A stretch of DNA of 64,000 nucleotides from Chloroflexota bacterium (GCA_965221905.1 OZ244922.1:2304001-2368000), one strand, 5' to 3'. Counted from the first letter of the stretch, positions 51,811 through 61,596 are shown. The notes: a model not told the origin generated them from the letters alone. Translations and numbers: made by a program.

Positions 51811-54054
51811 CTATCGTTCGACTGCTCTGAGTCGGGAGACCGTGCGCTGCATTTCAACCAATTTATAGTATATCCCGCGCTTGGCCAAAAGCTCTTCGTG
51901 AGTCCCAATTTCCGCAACGGTGCCTTCATCCATCACCACCAACCGATCGGCATTGCGGAGGGTGGAAAGCCGATGGGCGATGGCAAACGTTGTACGTCCC
52001 TTGATCAAGCGAGCGATGGCTTGCTGAATTGCAAACTCCGTCTCTGTGTCCACCGATGCCGTGGCTTCATCGAGAATGAGGATGCGCGGGTCCTTCAACA
52101 CCGCCCGCGCAATGGAAACACGTTGCTTTTCTCCAACCGACAGACGATTGCCGCGCTCGCCTACGAGTGTATCGTATCCCTCCGGCTTGGCCACGATGAA
52201 GTTATGGGCATTGGCCGCCCGGGCGGCGGCAATCACTTCCGGCAGGTTCGCAGATGGCTTCGAGTAGCGGATGTTCTCAAGTATGGTGCCGCTGAATAGG
52301 AATGGTTCCTGCAGCACCACGCCGATTTGTTCGCGCAGGCATGTCAACTCGATGTCGCGAATGTCGTGGCCGTCGATAAGCACCTCCCCGTGATCCACCT
52401 CGTAGAAGCGACACACCAGCTGCGCCGTAGTGCTCTTGCCGGCGCCAGACTTGCCTACCAACCCGATCATTTCGCCGGGCTGAACGTGCAGGTCTACTTT
52501 CTTGAGCACGGGCTTCGTCTTGTCGTAGCCAAACGTAACCTCACGAAACTCCACCTCACCCCGCAGCGGTCGGGGAGTCAGCTTGCCCGGCTGGTCATAG
52601 GGCTCGGTCGGCGTGTCCATGACGTCAAAGATGCGGTCGGCCCCCACCAACGCCCGCGACATCCAGTTATAAATCCGATTAAACCACTGTAAAGGACCGT
52701 AAAGCATCCAGAGATAGTGAGTGAAAGCATAGAGACTTCCAAAGGTGAGGTCACCACCTATCACCGCGCGGCCACCAAAATACCAAGCGATGAATACCCC
52801 TGCGCCAGTGACAAAGTTCAGAATTGCAAAAGAGCTATCCCAAAACCGCGCCTCGTGAACTGTCGCCCTAGCAACCGCTTCGTTGCGGCGGTCGAAGCGG
52901 CTAATCTCCGCCTCTTCCTGCGCAAAGGCCTTCGCCACGCGAATTCCCAGGAGCGATTCGTTCAGTTGGCCGTGCAAGAGCGCCCAATTCTGCGAAACCC
53001 GCGACCAGAGCAAACGCATGCGCTTTACCAGCGCTGTACCTCCCAGCACGACAAAAGGCACGGGCAATAGGACAAATAGCGTAACCTGCCAACTCATTAA
53101 CAGGAGGATGACGAGTACCCCAAGCAGCGTAGCACTATGGACAACCAGATATGGCGCGCCGTCAATGAGAAAGTAGTTCAAACTCTCCGTGTCCCGCGTG
53201 ACAAGAGATAGTAGGTTGCCCTGTCCTTTGCGGTTGTGGAAGGTCAGCGACATTCGTTCCAGGACCTGGTAAAGCTGTGCGCGCATATTTGCAATCACGC
53301 GTGTACTCAGCCACGCACCAATCCAACTACCGGCGACCTCAAGGCCGCCGGTCCCAAGATTTACGGCCACAAGCGCTGCCACGAGCCAGGCGAGCATGGC
53401 TAAACTCTCTGTGGGTGCCCGTACACCGGACTCCAGTACATTGGGCGCCAGTACATCGTCGATCAGGGTTCTCGAAATTAGGGGCGGCGTCAAATTAAGC
53501 AGAGCGCGTCCCAAGGTCGTCAGAACGAGCACCGCCGCCAGGGGCTTATACGGCGCAAGATAACTGGCAATGCGAAGCATCACCGCCATCTTACGCACGC
53601 AACGGGGACAGTTGCGTTCCCTATCCGGCAAGAGTGACTGGCACTTCTGACAGCGCGCGCGGGGGATGTCTGTCGTTACGGCAAACGGCTCGTCCTTGGC
53701 AAGCTGCTGGATGCCGCGGGCAATCTCGGTGAACTTGGCGCCGAGGGAGCTTGAGTACTCGATGATAGGAGTAAAATGGCCCTTCCAATTGACCTCCAGG
53801 CGGCCGCCACCCACGAGCGGTTCCGCCCGGGCATCGGAGATCTCGGAGAGGTCCATGCTAACCGCGCCGTCGACGCCCGGCGCCAAGTGGGGCAACACAA
53901 TGACCCGCTTATCGGTCAACAGCATCCAGCGCACGCCAAACCGACCGTCATGCCGAATGTCCGACATGGCGACCAGCAGCGTCTCCTCGCCGGGCGACTT
54001 TAGCTCAAGCCATTGCGCTTCAATTTCAGGAGGAAGCGTGTCGAATACGACCAT
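51811..54054 (-). CDS. ABC transporter, fused permease/ATP-binding, with an N-terminal extension and zinc ribbon
   Basis: GKSGAGKS, LSVGEKQR, ILDEAT and IAHRLST. Transmembrane domain present. CQKC…CPRC precedes the TM region. Confidence 0.92.
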   Translation of the reverse strand: MVVFDTLPPEIEAQWLELKSPGEETLLVAMSDIRHDGRFGVRWMLLTDKRVIVLPHLAPGVDGAVSMDLSEISDARAEPLVGGGRLEVNWKGHFTPIIEYSSSLGAKFTEIARGIQQLAKDEPFAVTTDIPRARCQKCQSLLPDRERNCPRCVRKMAVMLRIASYLAPYKPLAAVLVLTTLGRALLNLTPPLISRTLIDDVLAPNVLESGVRAPTESLAMLAWLVAALVAVNLGTGGLEVAGSWIGAWLSTRVIANMRAQLYQVLERMSLTFHNRKGQGNLLSLVTRDTESLNYFLIDGAPYLVVHSATLLGVLVILLLMSWQVTLFVLLPVPFVVLGGTALVKRMRLLWSRVSQNWALLHGQLNESLLGIRVAKAFAQEEAEISRFDRRNEAVARATVHEARFWDSSFAILNFVTGAGVFIAWYFGGRAVIGGDLTFGSLYAFTHYLWMLYGPLQWFNRIYNWMSRALVGADRIFDVMDTPTEPYDQPGKLTPRPLRGEVEFREVTFGYDKTKPVLKKVDLHVQPGEMIGLVGKSGAGKSTTAQLVCRFYEVDHGEVLIDGHDIRDIELTCLREQIGVVLQEPFLFSGTILENIRYSKPSANLPEVIAAARAANAHNFIVAKPEGYDTLVGERGNRLSVGEKQRVSIARAVLKDPRILILDEATASVDTETEFAIQQAIARLIKGRTTFAIAHRLSTLRNADRLVVMDEGTVAEIGTHEELLAKRGIYYKLVEMQRTVSRLRAVER

Positions 54055-54261
54055 TAATGATAGCTCAATTTGCTATGTGCGGACGGCTCTCGAAAGCAAC
54101 ACCTGATAGCTAGCCGGCGACGAGAGACATATGCGCTCGGCTTAGTCTACCCTATAGAGGAGTCTTGTAAAACCATGTCTCGTGCCGGAGTCGCCCGTTC
54201 CATCCGACAGTCCAGGGGTCAGCCGAATCCCTCTCCGGCGTCTCACGACGGCCTGCGAAAA

Positions 54262-55305
54262 CTATTGATACTTGCGTATGTTCGCGTTATGCTCCTCAAA
54301 TGTGCGACTAAAGACATGGGACCCGTCACCCGTGGCCACGAAGAAGTAGAAGTCAGACTGTGCGGGAGCCGCTACCGCCTGCAGAGAAGCTAAGCCGGGA
54401 TTGCAAATCGGTCCGGGCGGCAGACCCAGGTTCACGTAGGTATTATATGGCGAGGCGACCTTAAGGTCGTCGAAGGTCAAGGCCTTCTTCCACCAGCGTC
54501 CCTCGGATTCTTGGTAGCCCAAGGCGTATTGGACGGTCGGGTCGGCGCCCAGGTGCATGTTTACATTGAGACGATTGTAGAAGACACTTGCAATCAGGGG
54601 GCGTTCCGCCGGAACTTGGGCTTCTCGCTCAACAATTGCTGCCAGGGTTACTGCTTGGTGAATGTTCAGCCCATTTACCTGGAAGCCATCGCTCACGCCG
54701 CCGCCAATCTTGCGTGAGAACTGGTCCAAGAGATCTTCTATGAAGTCGATGGTAGTAGTCTCCCTCTCAATGCGATACGTATCGGGAAAGAGGTAGCCTT
54801 CCAACGAGGCGGTATCCGGCCGCTCTGTCAAGAATTCGCGCTCAAACCCCGCGCCCGCAGTCAAGGTCAGGAACTCGCTCGCGCTCAGGGCGTTTTGCGT
54901 TTCGAGGTAGGCTGCGATCTCTTCCCTCCGCCAGCCCTCGATGAGGGTAAGGACTCTATCCTGTACCTCGGCCTTTTGCAACGCCTCGATTGCCTCGTCT
55001 ACGCTCATATTCTTACGTAGAATATGCTGCCCGGCCTGGAATGATCCATCCAAGCCACTCTGACGTGCACGCAGCCGGAATGCGAGAGCACTACGAATGA
55101 CACCGGCTTCCCGCAACTGGTCCGCAATCTGATCCGTGGTACTCCCCGGCGGTATGGTGAGCACCACTTCGCTATCGTCCTCTTCAGCACTGCCCAAAAG
55201 GCTGTCAGCCACGCGCTCACCGATATCGCAGCTAGCAGCTATGGGAGAGAGCGCGGTGATTGCAAGCAAATGTATGAGCGCACGCCGCGAACGGTGGTTT
55301 CTCAT
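54262..55305 (-). CDS. mltG: Endolytic transglycosylase MltG (YceG)
   Basis: LEGYLFPDTY, AAIVERE, ADPTVQY, SPYNTY..GLPPGPICNPG and YFFVA. Confidence 0.95.
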   Translation of the reverse strand: MRNHRSRRALIHLLAITALSPIAASCDIGERVADSLLGSAEEDDSEVVLTIPPGSTTDQIADQLREAGVIRSALAFRLRARQSGLDGSFQAGQHILRKNMSVDEAIEALQKAEVQDRVLTLIEGWRREEIAAYLETQNALSASEFLTLTAGAGFEREFLTERPDTASLEGYLFPDTYRIERETTTIDFIEDLLDQFSRKIGGGVSDGFQVNGLNIHQAVTLAAIVEREAQVPAERPLIASVFYNRLNVNMHLGADPTVQYALGYQESEGRWWKKALTFDDLKVASPYNTYVNLGLPPGPICNPGLASLQAVAAPAQSDFYFFVATGDGSHVFSRTFEEHNANIRKYQ

Positions 55306-55309
55306 TGAT

Positions 55310-55771
55310 TTATGGTTCAATTCTCTTACTGCCACCGGAAGAGGCGGAATAGCGTGCCTCACTGAGGCTGGCAAAGTACGACTCCAGGATGACCGCGGCT
55401 GCGGCGGCATCCAGCGATGTCTTGCGCCGCCCGCCTGTCGGGCTCTGCTGCAGGCGCTCTTCTGCAATTACTGTCGAAAACCGCTCATCCCAGAATACCA
55501 CCGCCATCCCGAGCGCATTTCCTAGCCGTTCGCCCTCTTCTTTTATGCGCTCCCCTTGCTGGTGGAGCAGTCCATCGAGGCTAATAGGTAAGCCAACAAT
55601 GAGCCTCTCCGCCTGTTGCGCTACTAACAGCCGCTTCAATTCAGCACAATCCTGTTCCCATGTACGCCGCTGTATCGTCTTTAGCGGCGTTGCAATGCCA
55701 ATGCCAGAATCCCCGGTGGCAACACCAATACGCCGCTCACCGATGTCGAGACAGAGAATTCGCATCGTCAT
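55310..55771 (-). CDS. ruvX: YqgF/RuvX family pre-16S rRNA nuclease
   Basis: LCLDIGERRIGVA, VGLP, WDERFST and DAAAAAVILE. Confidence 0.95.
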   Translation of the reverse strand: MTMRILCLDIGERRIGVATGDSGIGIATPLKTIQRRTWEQDCAELKRLLVAQQAERLIVGLPISLDGLLHQQGERIKEEGERLGNALGMAVVFWDERFSTVIAEERLQQSPTGGRRKTSLDAAAAAVILESYFASLSEARYSASSGGSKRIEP

Positions 55772-55783
55772 CTCACGAGAACA

Positions 55784-57469
55784 CTATGCAGCGAGGATAA
55801 GCGGTTCCGTGATCTCGATGGAGATTCGGAACCACAACCGCGGCATTCGGTCGTACCAATCGGGCCCCATCTCCACCACAAACTCCCCAACGCCCATCAG
55901 AGTGTTTAAGTAGGCTTCTGCCTCTTCGCGCGTGGTGTTTGCTAGCTTGCGCCGAACTTCGCCAAGGTCCCAAGTCGAGACCAAGTCCCCCTGCGCCTGA
56001 AGCGTAAGCTGCACGACTCCCTCAGAAATACCCTTAACCTCTGGGGCGCCCAAGATCAACGTATCGCGCAGCAACGTATACGAACCAAGTTGGTTTTCCA
56101 CGATTCGCTCAATAATGAGCGGGGCTACTTCTGCAAGATGCTCGCTGGAGAATACAGTGCCGCGCAGTTTCACCTTCATCCGCAACGTGACTTCGTCGCC
56201 TTCTTGCCCCACTTCTTTGTCGTACTCAGCCTGCTCCACAATAACGTCGGTATCCCACGGCACAAAGATGTCATTCGACACATCGATCCTGTCCCTGAGG
56301 CTAGCCATAACCTGGTGCAGGAGTTCTTGACGGAGGTTTTCGAATAACTTCAGTCGATCTTCTTCCGTAACAAAGCGGGTGGCGCGCAGCCCACCACCCT
56401 GTATCGGTGAGGTGTTTTCTACTATCAGACGTTGGTTGAGTGCCTGGTCCTCCATATGCGTTATTGCGCCGGCTTCAACGTTGCCAATTGGCCCAACTTC
56501 CTCCGCAACGACCGCCACCCGCCGCGCACCGAAGCTGTCGCTGGTAGCGGAGGTGCGCGGTACGGTAACTTGCGCCGAAGTCACAAAACGTCGGTAGTCT
56601 CTCGTTAAGATCACAGTGCCTTGCGGCACGTTAACCGGCTGAGAAATTTGGTTGCGCAGGATCACTGAGCCTTCGGCCTTACCAATCGGCTCATCTCTTG
56701 TGCCTGTAGCGGCGACAGTCAACTCGTCCGTCTCTTCGATGACGACCAGTTGCGCCGGTATCGTGCCCGCAGCCGCATTAAGACCCCTGACCTGGGGGTC
56801 CGCCATCAATTGCAATTCAGTGCTGTATTGCTGTTGCACGGGCGTGAGCTGAATCCTGGCGCTCGGCACTATCAGGTATACACCTCCCCAAGCAAGGAAG
56901 AGTACCACGACAATGAGCGTGGCTAGAGCAAGTACTTTGGAAAGCGACTGATCGATAGGCCGCGACGTGCGCGACCGCCCTAGCAACGACTTTCTGCCCG
57001 TATCTCTGGTGGAAAGGGTAGCGAGCGGCGGAGGGTTCTCTTCTCCACGGTCCAATCTATTGCCGCGAGAGGTCCCTTTAGCCACAGGCTTCTTTGGCTT
57101 GCCCGCCACTCTTGAATCTTCTTGCCCGGCGAGTATTCTAGCAGAAGCGACGGAGTCAAGTTCCTCTGCGCTCACTTGAGAGTGCTCCGAAGGATGAAGA
57201 GCAGCCAGTGAGCTTACTACATTAATCCCTAGGCCACTGGCAGTCGCGCGCACGGCCCTAGTGCCACAGACCAGAGTGAGGTCAAGCGCCAAGTCTACCG
57301 CTTGGCGCTGCAAGAATGCCAGGTTTTCACTGCTGTGCAGTGCCGGGCAGTTGTTCGCCACGAGCACGATAGAGGAGCCGCGCCTGCCTTGGAGCTTTAG
57401 GAGAATCCCCGCGATCTCATCACCGTGGCTGGCATAGACGATCCGGCTACTTGAGAAGGAGCTTGCCAT
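55784..57469 (-). CDS. Membrane-anchored baseplate J/gp47-like domain protein
   Basis: N-terminal cytoplasmic domain and a single TM (LATLIVVVLFLAWGGVYLIVP). Then KAEGSVILRN…VPQGT…V.AEEVGPIGNVEAGAIT…N.SPIQGG, a baseplate-J-like signature. Confidence 0.7.
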   Translation of the reverse strand: MASSFSSSRIVYASHGDEIAGILLKLQGRRGSSIVLVANNCPALHSSENLAFLQRQAVDLALDLTLVCGTRAVRATASGLGINVVSSLAALHPSEHSQVSAEELDSVASARILAGQEDSRVAGKPKKPVAKGTSRGNRLDRGEENPPPLATLSTRDTGRKSLLGRSRTSRPIDQSLSKVLALATLIVVVLFLAWGGVYLIVPSARIQLTPVQQQYSTELQLMADPQVRGLNAAAGTIPAQLVVIEETDELTVAATGTRDEPIGKAEGSVILRNQISQPVNVPQGTVILTRDYRRFVTSAQVTVPRTSATSDSFGARRVAVVAEEVGPIGNVEAGAITHMEDQALNQRLIVENTSPIQGGGLRATRFVTEEDRLKLFENLRQELLHQVMASLRDRIDVSNDIFVPWDTDVIVEQAEYDKEVGQEGDEVTLRMKVKLRGTVFSSEHLAEVAPLIIERIVENQLGSYTLLRDTLILGAPEVKGISEGVVQLTLQAQGDLVSTWDLGEVRRKLANTTREEAEAYLNTLMGVGEFVVEMGPDWYDRMPRLWFRISIEITEPLILAA

Positions 57470-57651
57470 TGACAATAGAGGGAACTGATGAATGGAAGAG
57501 GGCGGCCAAACAAAGGGACATACCCGCTTGGCACACACCTATACTATACCTGAATTAGATGCATGAGTGGAATGTAGGGAAGTCTTCAAAATTAAATTAG
57601 TTTCAAGACGCCCCTTGGCACAACGCCTAGCGCCAATGAGGATGATTACCC

Positions 57652-57680
57652 TTGACAGTGTGGCTGCGTGTCACTATAAT
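57652..57680 (+). promoter_or_regulatory. Perfect-consensus sigma70 promoter with an embedded palindrome
   Basis: TTGACA-N17-TATAAT. TGACA-N11-TGTCA inverted repeat at 57653-57673. Confidence 0.8.
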
Positions 57681-57738
57681 CCACCACGGTAAAAGCATTG
57701 GGTGAATCGGGGCATCGCCCCGGACGAAGGAGAATTTA

Positions 57739-59148
57739 ATGGATTTATTGCGTACACCCAGAGGAATTAGCAGGCGAAGCTTGCTTGCCGGTGTTGGGCT
57801 TGGCACGGCTGGTGCCTTGCTCGCGGCGGCCTGCGGCGGCGCGGCTGCCCCGGCAATGGAAGAAGGGGCCAAGGCCGAAGAGGCTCCCAAGGCCGAAGAA
57901 GAGATGAAGGTGGCCGAAGAGGCCCCGCCGGTGCAGTTCCTGCATTGGTGGATTCCTCGCATCGACCCGGGCGGACTAGTACCTTGGGCCTTGGAAGAGT
58001 TCACGAACCGCACCGGCATCCCGGTGGAGGACGTGGGCAGGGATCCCATCGAGCCCCTGCGCCAGCACTTCCGCACCACCATCGCGGCCGGTACGCCGGT
58101 AGACGTGGCCTTCAACTCCATCATCTGGGCCCGCGACCATTGGGATTTGGGCATCTTGATGGATTACACGCCGTACCTGACGCAGTACCCAGAACTGCAG
58201 GAAGATAAGTTCTTCGAGGCTTCACACCAGTTCCGCAAGGCTGAAGGAGCGACGTTCGGTATTCCGGTGATGGGTCCGGAGTCGACTTCGATCGTGGTCA
58301 ACGGCCAGTTGCTCTTAGACGCCGGTCTTGACGAGAATGGTGGGGACATCAATAACTGGAGTGACTTGGTTGGTGCGGCTCGCGCTATGACCAAAAAGGA
58401 AGGCAACCAAGTCACCGTCTCCGGTTTCTTGCTGCCTAACGGTGTCGGCGGCTTGGCGCGCTGGGCGGGGTGGGTGCTCACGACGGGCGCCGGCGCCTAT
58501 GACGCGGAGCAATTCACGGCGCAGTACAACACCGAGCAAGCGCGGGATACGCTGCAGTTCCTCTTCGATCTCTGGAATAAAGAGGAAATCAGCGCCAAGG
58601 ACCCTGAAGGCGGCGCCGTGCCCGACCAATACAAGTTGCTCCAAGCCAATCAAGCCGGCATGCACCACGATATTAGCTCGACCCCAACGCTGCGGTACTT
58701 TGAAGTGCCCCGCGATTTTAAGTATTGGCAGATCGGATTCCCGGCCTCCGGCGGCCCTGACGGCCAGTTTGCCACGGCCTCCTGGATGAATCCAGTCGTC
58801 ACGCCGCTTGGCGCGGGCAACCCGGACGGCGCGGTTGAGTTCATCAACTGGTTCTGCGGACTTGAGGTAGCCTTGCATAAGATCGAGGTCAATAAGGCCG
58901 TCTCCCCGCGCCTCGATCTCTTTGCCCATGAAGCGTGGACCGCTGGCGTTGCGGACCTTCCCGTGCTCCAGACGCGCGAAGATCTCGCTAATCTGCCGGG
59001 CGTCTACCCGTTCCGCCGCTTCCTAAAGCAGAACGCCGAAATTCGACCGATGCTTGACGATGCGGTCATGGGCAAGATCGAAATCGCCACCGCGCTGGCT
59101 CAAGCCGATGAGCGGGCCAACCAGATCCTCAATGAGGATGCAGAGTAA
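57739..59148 (+). CDS. Tat-exported lipoprotein, extracellular (sugar-type) solute-binding protein, paralog 1
   Basis: SRRSLL twin-arginine motif, LAAAC lipobox, AEE-rich linker and an SBP family-1-like body. Confidence 0.88.
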   Translation: MDLLRTPRGISRRSLLAGVGLGTAGALLAAACGGAAAPAMEEGAKAEEAPKAEEEMKVAEEAPPVQFLHWWIPRIDPGGLVPWALEEFTNRTGIPVEDVGRDPIEPLRQHFRTTIAAGTPVDVAFNSIIWARDHWDLGILMDYTPYLTQYPELQEDKFFEASHQFRKAEGATFGIPVMGPESTSIVVNGQLLLDAGLDENGGDINNWSDLVGAARAMTKKEGNQVTVSGFLLPNGVGGLARWAGWVLTTGAGAYDAEQFTAQYNTEQARDTLQFLFDLWNKEEISAKDPEGGAVPDQYKLLQANQAGMHHDISSTPTLRYFEVPRDFKYWQIGFPASGGPDGQFATASWMNPVVTPLGAGNPDGAVEFINWFCGLEVALHKIEVNKAVSPRLDLFAHEAWTAGVADLPVLQTREDLANLPGVYPFRRFLKQNAEIRPMLDDAVMGKIEIATALAQADERANQILNEDAE

Positions 59149-59184
59149 GCACTTCTTACACTGCTTGCACATAGGTGAAGATAG

Positions 59185-59212
59185 AAGGAGGCGCACAATT
59201 GTGCGCCTCCTT
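59185..59212 (+). terminator. Perfect palindrome/terminator after SBP paralog 1
   Basis: AAGGAGGCGCACAATTGTGCGCCTCCTT followed by TCACTTTCT. Confidence 0.7.
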
Positions 59213-59345
59213 TCACTTTCTGGTGTGCACGCAACTATTGATGATATTTGATCGGTTCAACCAACGAAACTAAGCACCGTGCCTGAGATCGTATGTATAT
59301 TTTGCGCCAAGAAGCTAAGGATTAGCCCCCGCGCAACGGCCTGTT

Positions 59346-59446
59346 AGCGTGAGCCGGTCGAACCGTTCGTGCTGAGCCTGTCGAAGCATGAACCGCCCTT
59401 CCACAAGCTCGGAACCTGCCCCGTACTCGATACGGGGGCGAACGGA
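59346..59446. repeat. Dispersed REP-like element of the same family as the 40.3-kb array
   Basis: CCGTTCGTGCTGAGCCTGTCGAAGC…CCTTCCACAAGCTC[insert]GGGCGAACGG. Confidence 0.8.
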
Positions 59447-59705
59447 GAATACCGTTTCACTGGCACGACAACATCAACCGCGTCCTTGCCTTTACATGGC
59501 CTAGCGGTCGAAAAATCTGTGCTTTGTCTCCCCAAGCAACGGCGAAGTCCTAGACGGGGACATTCTTAAGCAATCTCAATTGCTTTTCGCCGAATTACAC
59601 GCTTGCCGCGATTACCTCACTTGACAGGACTTTGACACCAAGCTAACGTCTAAACAGAGTAACTAGAAGCCGTATGAGCTACGGCACCATACAGGGAGGG
59701 TTACC

Positions 59706-61115
59706 ATGGAGTCATTGGATGAACGCAGAGGGCTTAGCAGGCGAAGCCTGCTCGCAGGTATAGGCCTTGGCACCGCTGGTGCACTGCTTGCCGCGGCCTG
59801 CGGCGGCACGGCCGCACCAGCCATGGAAGACGCAGCCGAGGAAGCAGAGGCTCCCAAGGCCGAAGAAGAGATGAAGAAGGCCGAAGAGGCCCCACCAGTC
59901 CAGTTCCTGCACTGGTGGATTCCACGCATTGACCAGAATGGTTTTACGCCCTGGGCCTTGGAGGAGTTCACGGAGCGCACCGGCATTCCGGTGGAGGACG
60001 TGGGCAGGGATCCCATTGAGCCTGTACGCCAGCACTTCCGCACCACAATTGCGGCCGGTACGCCGGTGGACGTGTCCTTCAACTCCATCATCTGGGCCCG
60101 CGACCATTGGGATTTGGGCATCTTGATGGATTACACGCCGTACCTGACGCAGTACCCAGAACTGCAGGAAGATAAGTTCTTCGAGGCTTCACACCAGTTC
60201 CGCCAGGCTGAAGGCGCGACGTTCGGCATTCCCGTGATGGGGCCGGAGTCGACTTCGATCGTCATCAACGGCCAGTTGCTCTTAGACGCCGGTCTTGACG
60301 AAAATGGTGGGGACATCAATAACTGGAGCGACTTGGTTTCTGCCGCCCGTGCCATGACCAAGAAGGAAGGCAACGACGTTTCCGTCTCCGGATTCTTGCT
60401 GGGTGCCGGTGTCGGCGGCTTGTCGCGCTGGGCGGGGTGGGTGCTCACGACGGGCACCGGCGCCTACGACGCGGAGCAGTTCAAGGCGCAGTACAACACC
60501 GAGCAGGCGCGGGACACGATGCAGTTCCTCTTTGACCTCTGGAATAAAGAGGAAATCAGCGCCAAGGACCCTGAAGGCGGCGCCGTGCCCGACCACTACA
60601 AATTGCTGCAAGCCAATCAAGCCGGCATGCACCACGACATTAGCTCGACTCCGACCCTACGCTACTTCACCGTGCCGCGCGACTTCAAGTATTGGCAAAT
60701 CGGTTTCCCGGCCTCTGGTGGTCCGGACGGCCAGTTTGCTACGTCGTCATGGATGAACCCGGTTGTAACGCCGCTCGGCGCCGGCAACCCGGACGGCGCG
60801 GTTGAGTTCATCAACTGGTTCTGCGGGCTTGAGGTAGCAATTGTCAGGCTCGAGCTCATCAAGACGGTCGCGCCACGACATGACTTCTTTGCCGATCCAG
60901 CATGGACCAAGGGTTACACCGACCAGCCGGTGCTCAAAACGATCGAAGACCTTGCCAATTTGCCAGGCGTCTACCCGTACCGCCGCTTCTTGAAGCAGAA
61001 TGCTGAAATTCGACCGATGCTTGACGATGCGGTCATGGGCAAGATCGAAATCGCCACCGCGCTGGCTCAAGCCGACGAGCGGGCCAACCAGATCCTCAAT
61101 GAGGATGCAGAGTAA
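59706..61115 (+). CDS. Tat-exported lipoprotein, extracellular solute-binding protein, paralog 2
   Basis: Same length (469 aa) and highly similar to 57739-59148. GGGAGG RBS. Confidence 0.88.
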   Translation: MESLDERRGLSRRSLLAGIGLGTAGALLAAACGGTAAPAMEDAAEEAEAPKAEEEMKKAEEAPPVQFLHWWIPRIDQNGFTPWALEEFTERTGIPVEDVGRDPIEPVRQHFRTTIAAGTPVDVSFNSIIWARDHWDLGILMDYTPYLTQYPELQEDKFFEASHQFRQAEGATFGIPVMGPESTSIVINGQLLLDAGLDENGGDINNWSDLVSAARAMTKKEGNDVSVSGFLLGAGVGGLSRWAGWVLTTGTGAYDAEQFKAQYNTEQARDTMQFLFDLWNKEEISAKDPEGGAVPDHYKLLQANQAGMHHDISSTPTLRYFTVPRDFKYWQIGFPASGGPDGQFATSSWMNPVVTPLGAGNPDGAVEFINWFCGLEVAIVRLELIKTVAPRHDFFADPAWTKGYTDQPVLKTIEDLANLPGVYPYRRFLKQNAEIRPMLDDAVMGKIEIATALAQADERANQILNEDAE

Positions 61116-61150
61116 GCACTTCTTACACTGCTTGCACATAGGTGAAGATA

Positions 61151-61180
61151 GAAGGAGGCGCACAATTGTGCGCCTCCTTC
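61151..61180 (+). terminator. Duplicate palindrome/terminator after SBP paralog 2
   Basis: GAAGGAGGCGCACAATTGTGCGCCTCCTTC. Confidence 0.65.
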
Positions 61181-61422
61181 GCACTCCCAGTGCGTGGCCG
61201 GGACCAAGTGAGTCATTCCCTTGAACCCCTTGGATCAGAAGGGCCCGCATCACTCGCCATGCCTCTTGGCCGCCGGTCCCGCGCATGGACGTGTGCGAAT
61301 GCGAGACAGGACACAGACGTTCAATTGCCCGCGTTCCAAAAGCACCGAGACAGACCCATCTTGAGTGTAAGCGCGGGCGGCTAACCACAATCAAGAACAA
61401 GGTTTCTCGCGAGACATCCAAT

Positions 61423-61545
61423 ATCCGTTCGTCCGGAGCCTGTCGAAGGATGAACGGATACCCTCCAGAGCCCTTAGCTTCCCTTCATCTTGCAGTTGCC
61501 AGGCACTCTAGATTCCTCTTCGTTCCACTCATCGGAATGACCTGT
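61423..61545. repeat. REP-like copy plus a GTCATTCC…GGAATCT-type REP remnant
   Basis: ATCCGTTCGTCCGGAGCCTGTCGAAGGATGAACGGAT at 61423-61459. The minus strand reads GGTCATTCCGATGAGTGGAACGAAGAGGAATCT at ~61510-61542. Confidence 0.65.
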
Positions 61546-61596
61546 GACCGTTCTCGAGTCTCTTGGCACTTGGTCAGGCCTGACTTGCCTAGACCC

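Noticed and set aside
55784-57469. Prophage or contractile injection system
   Set aside because: Only a single baseplate-J-like gene with a TM anchor, among housekeeping genes; no sheath, tube, capsid or integrase.
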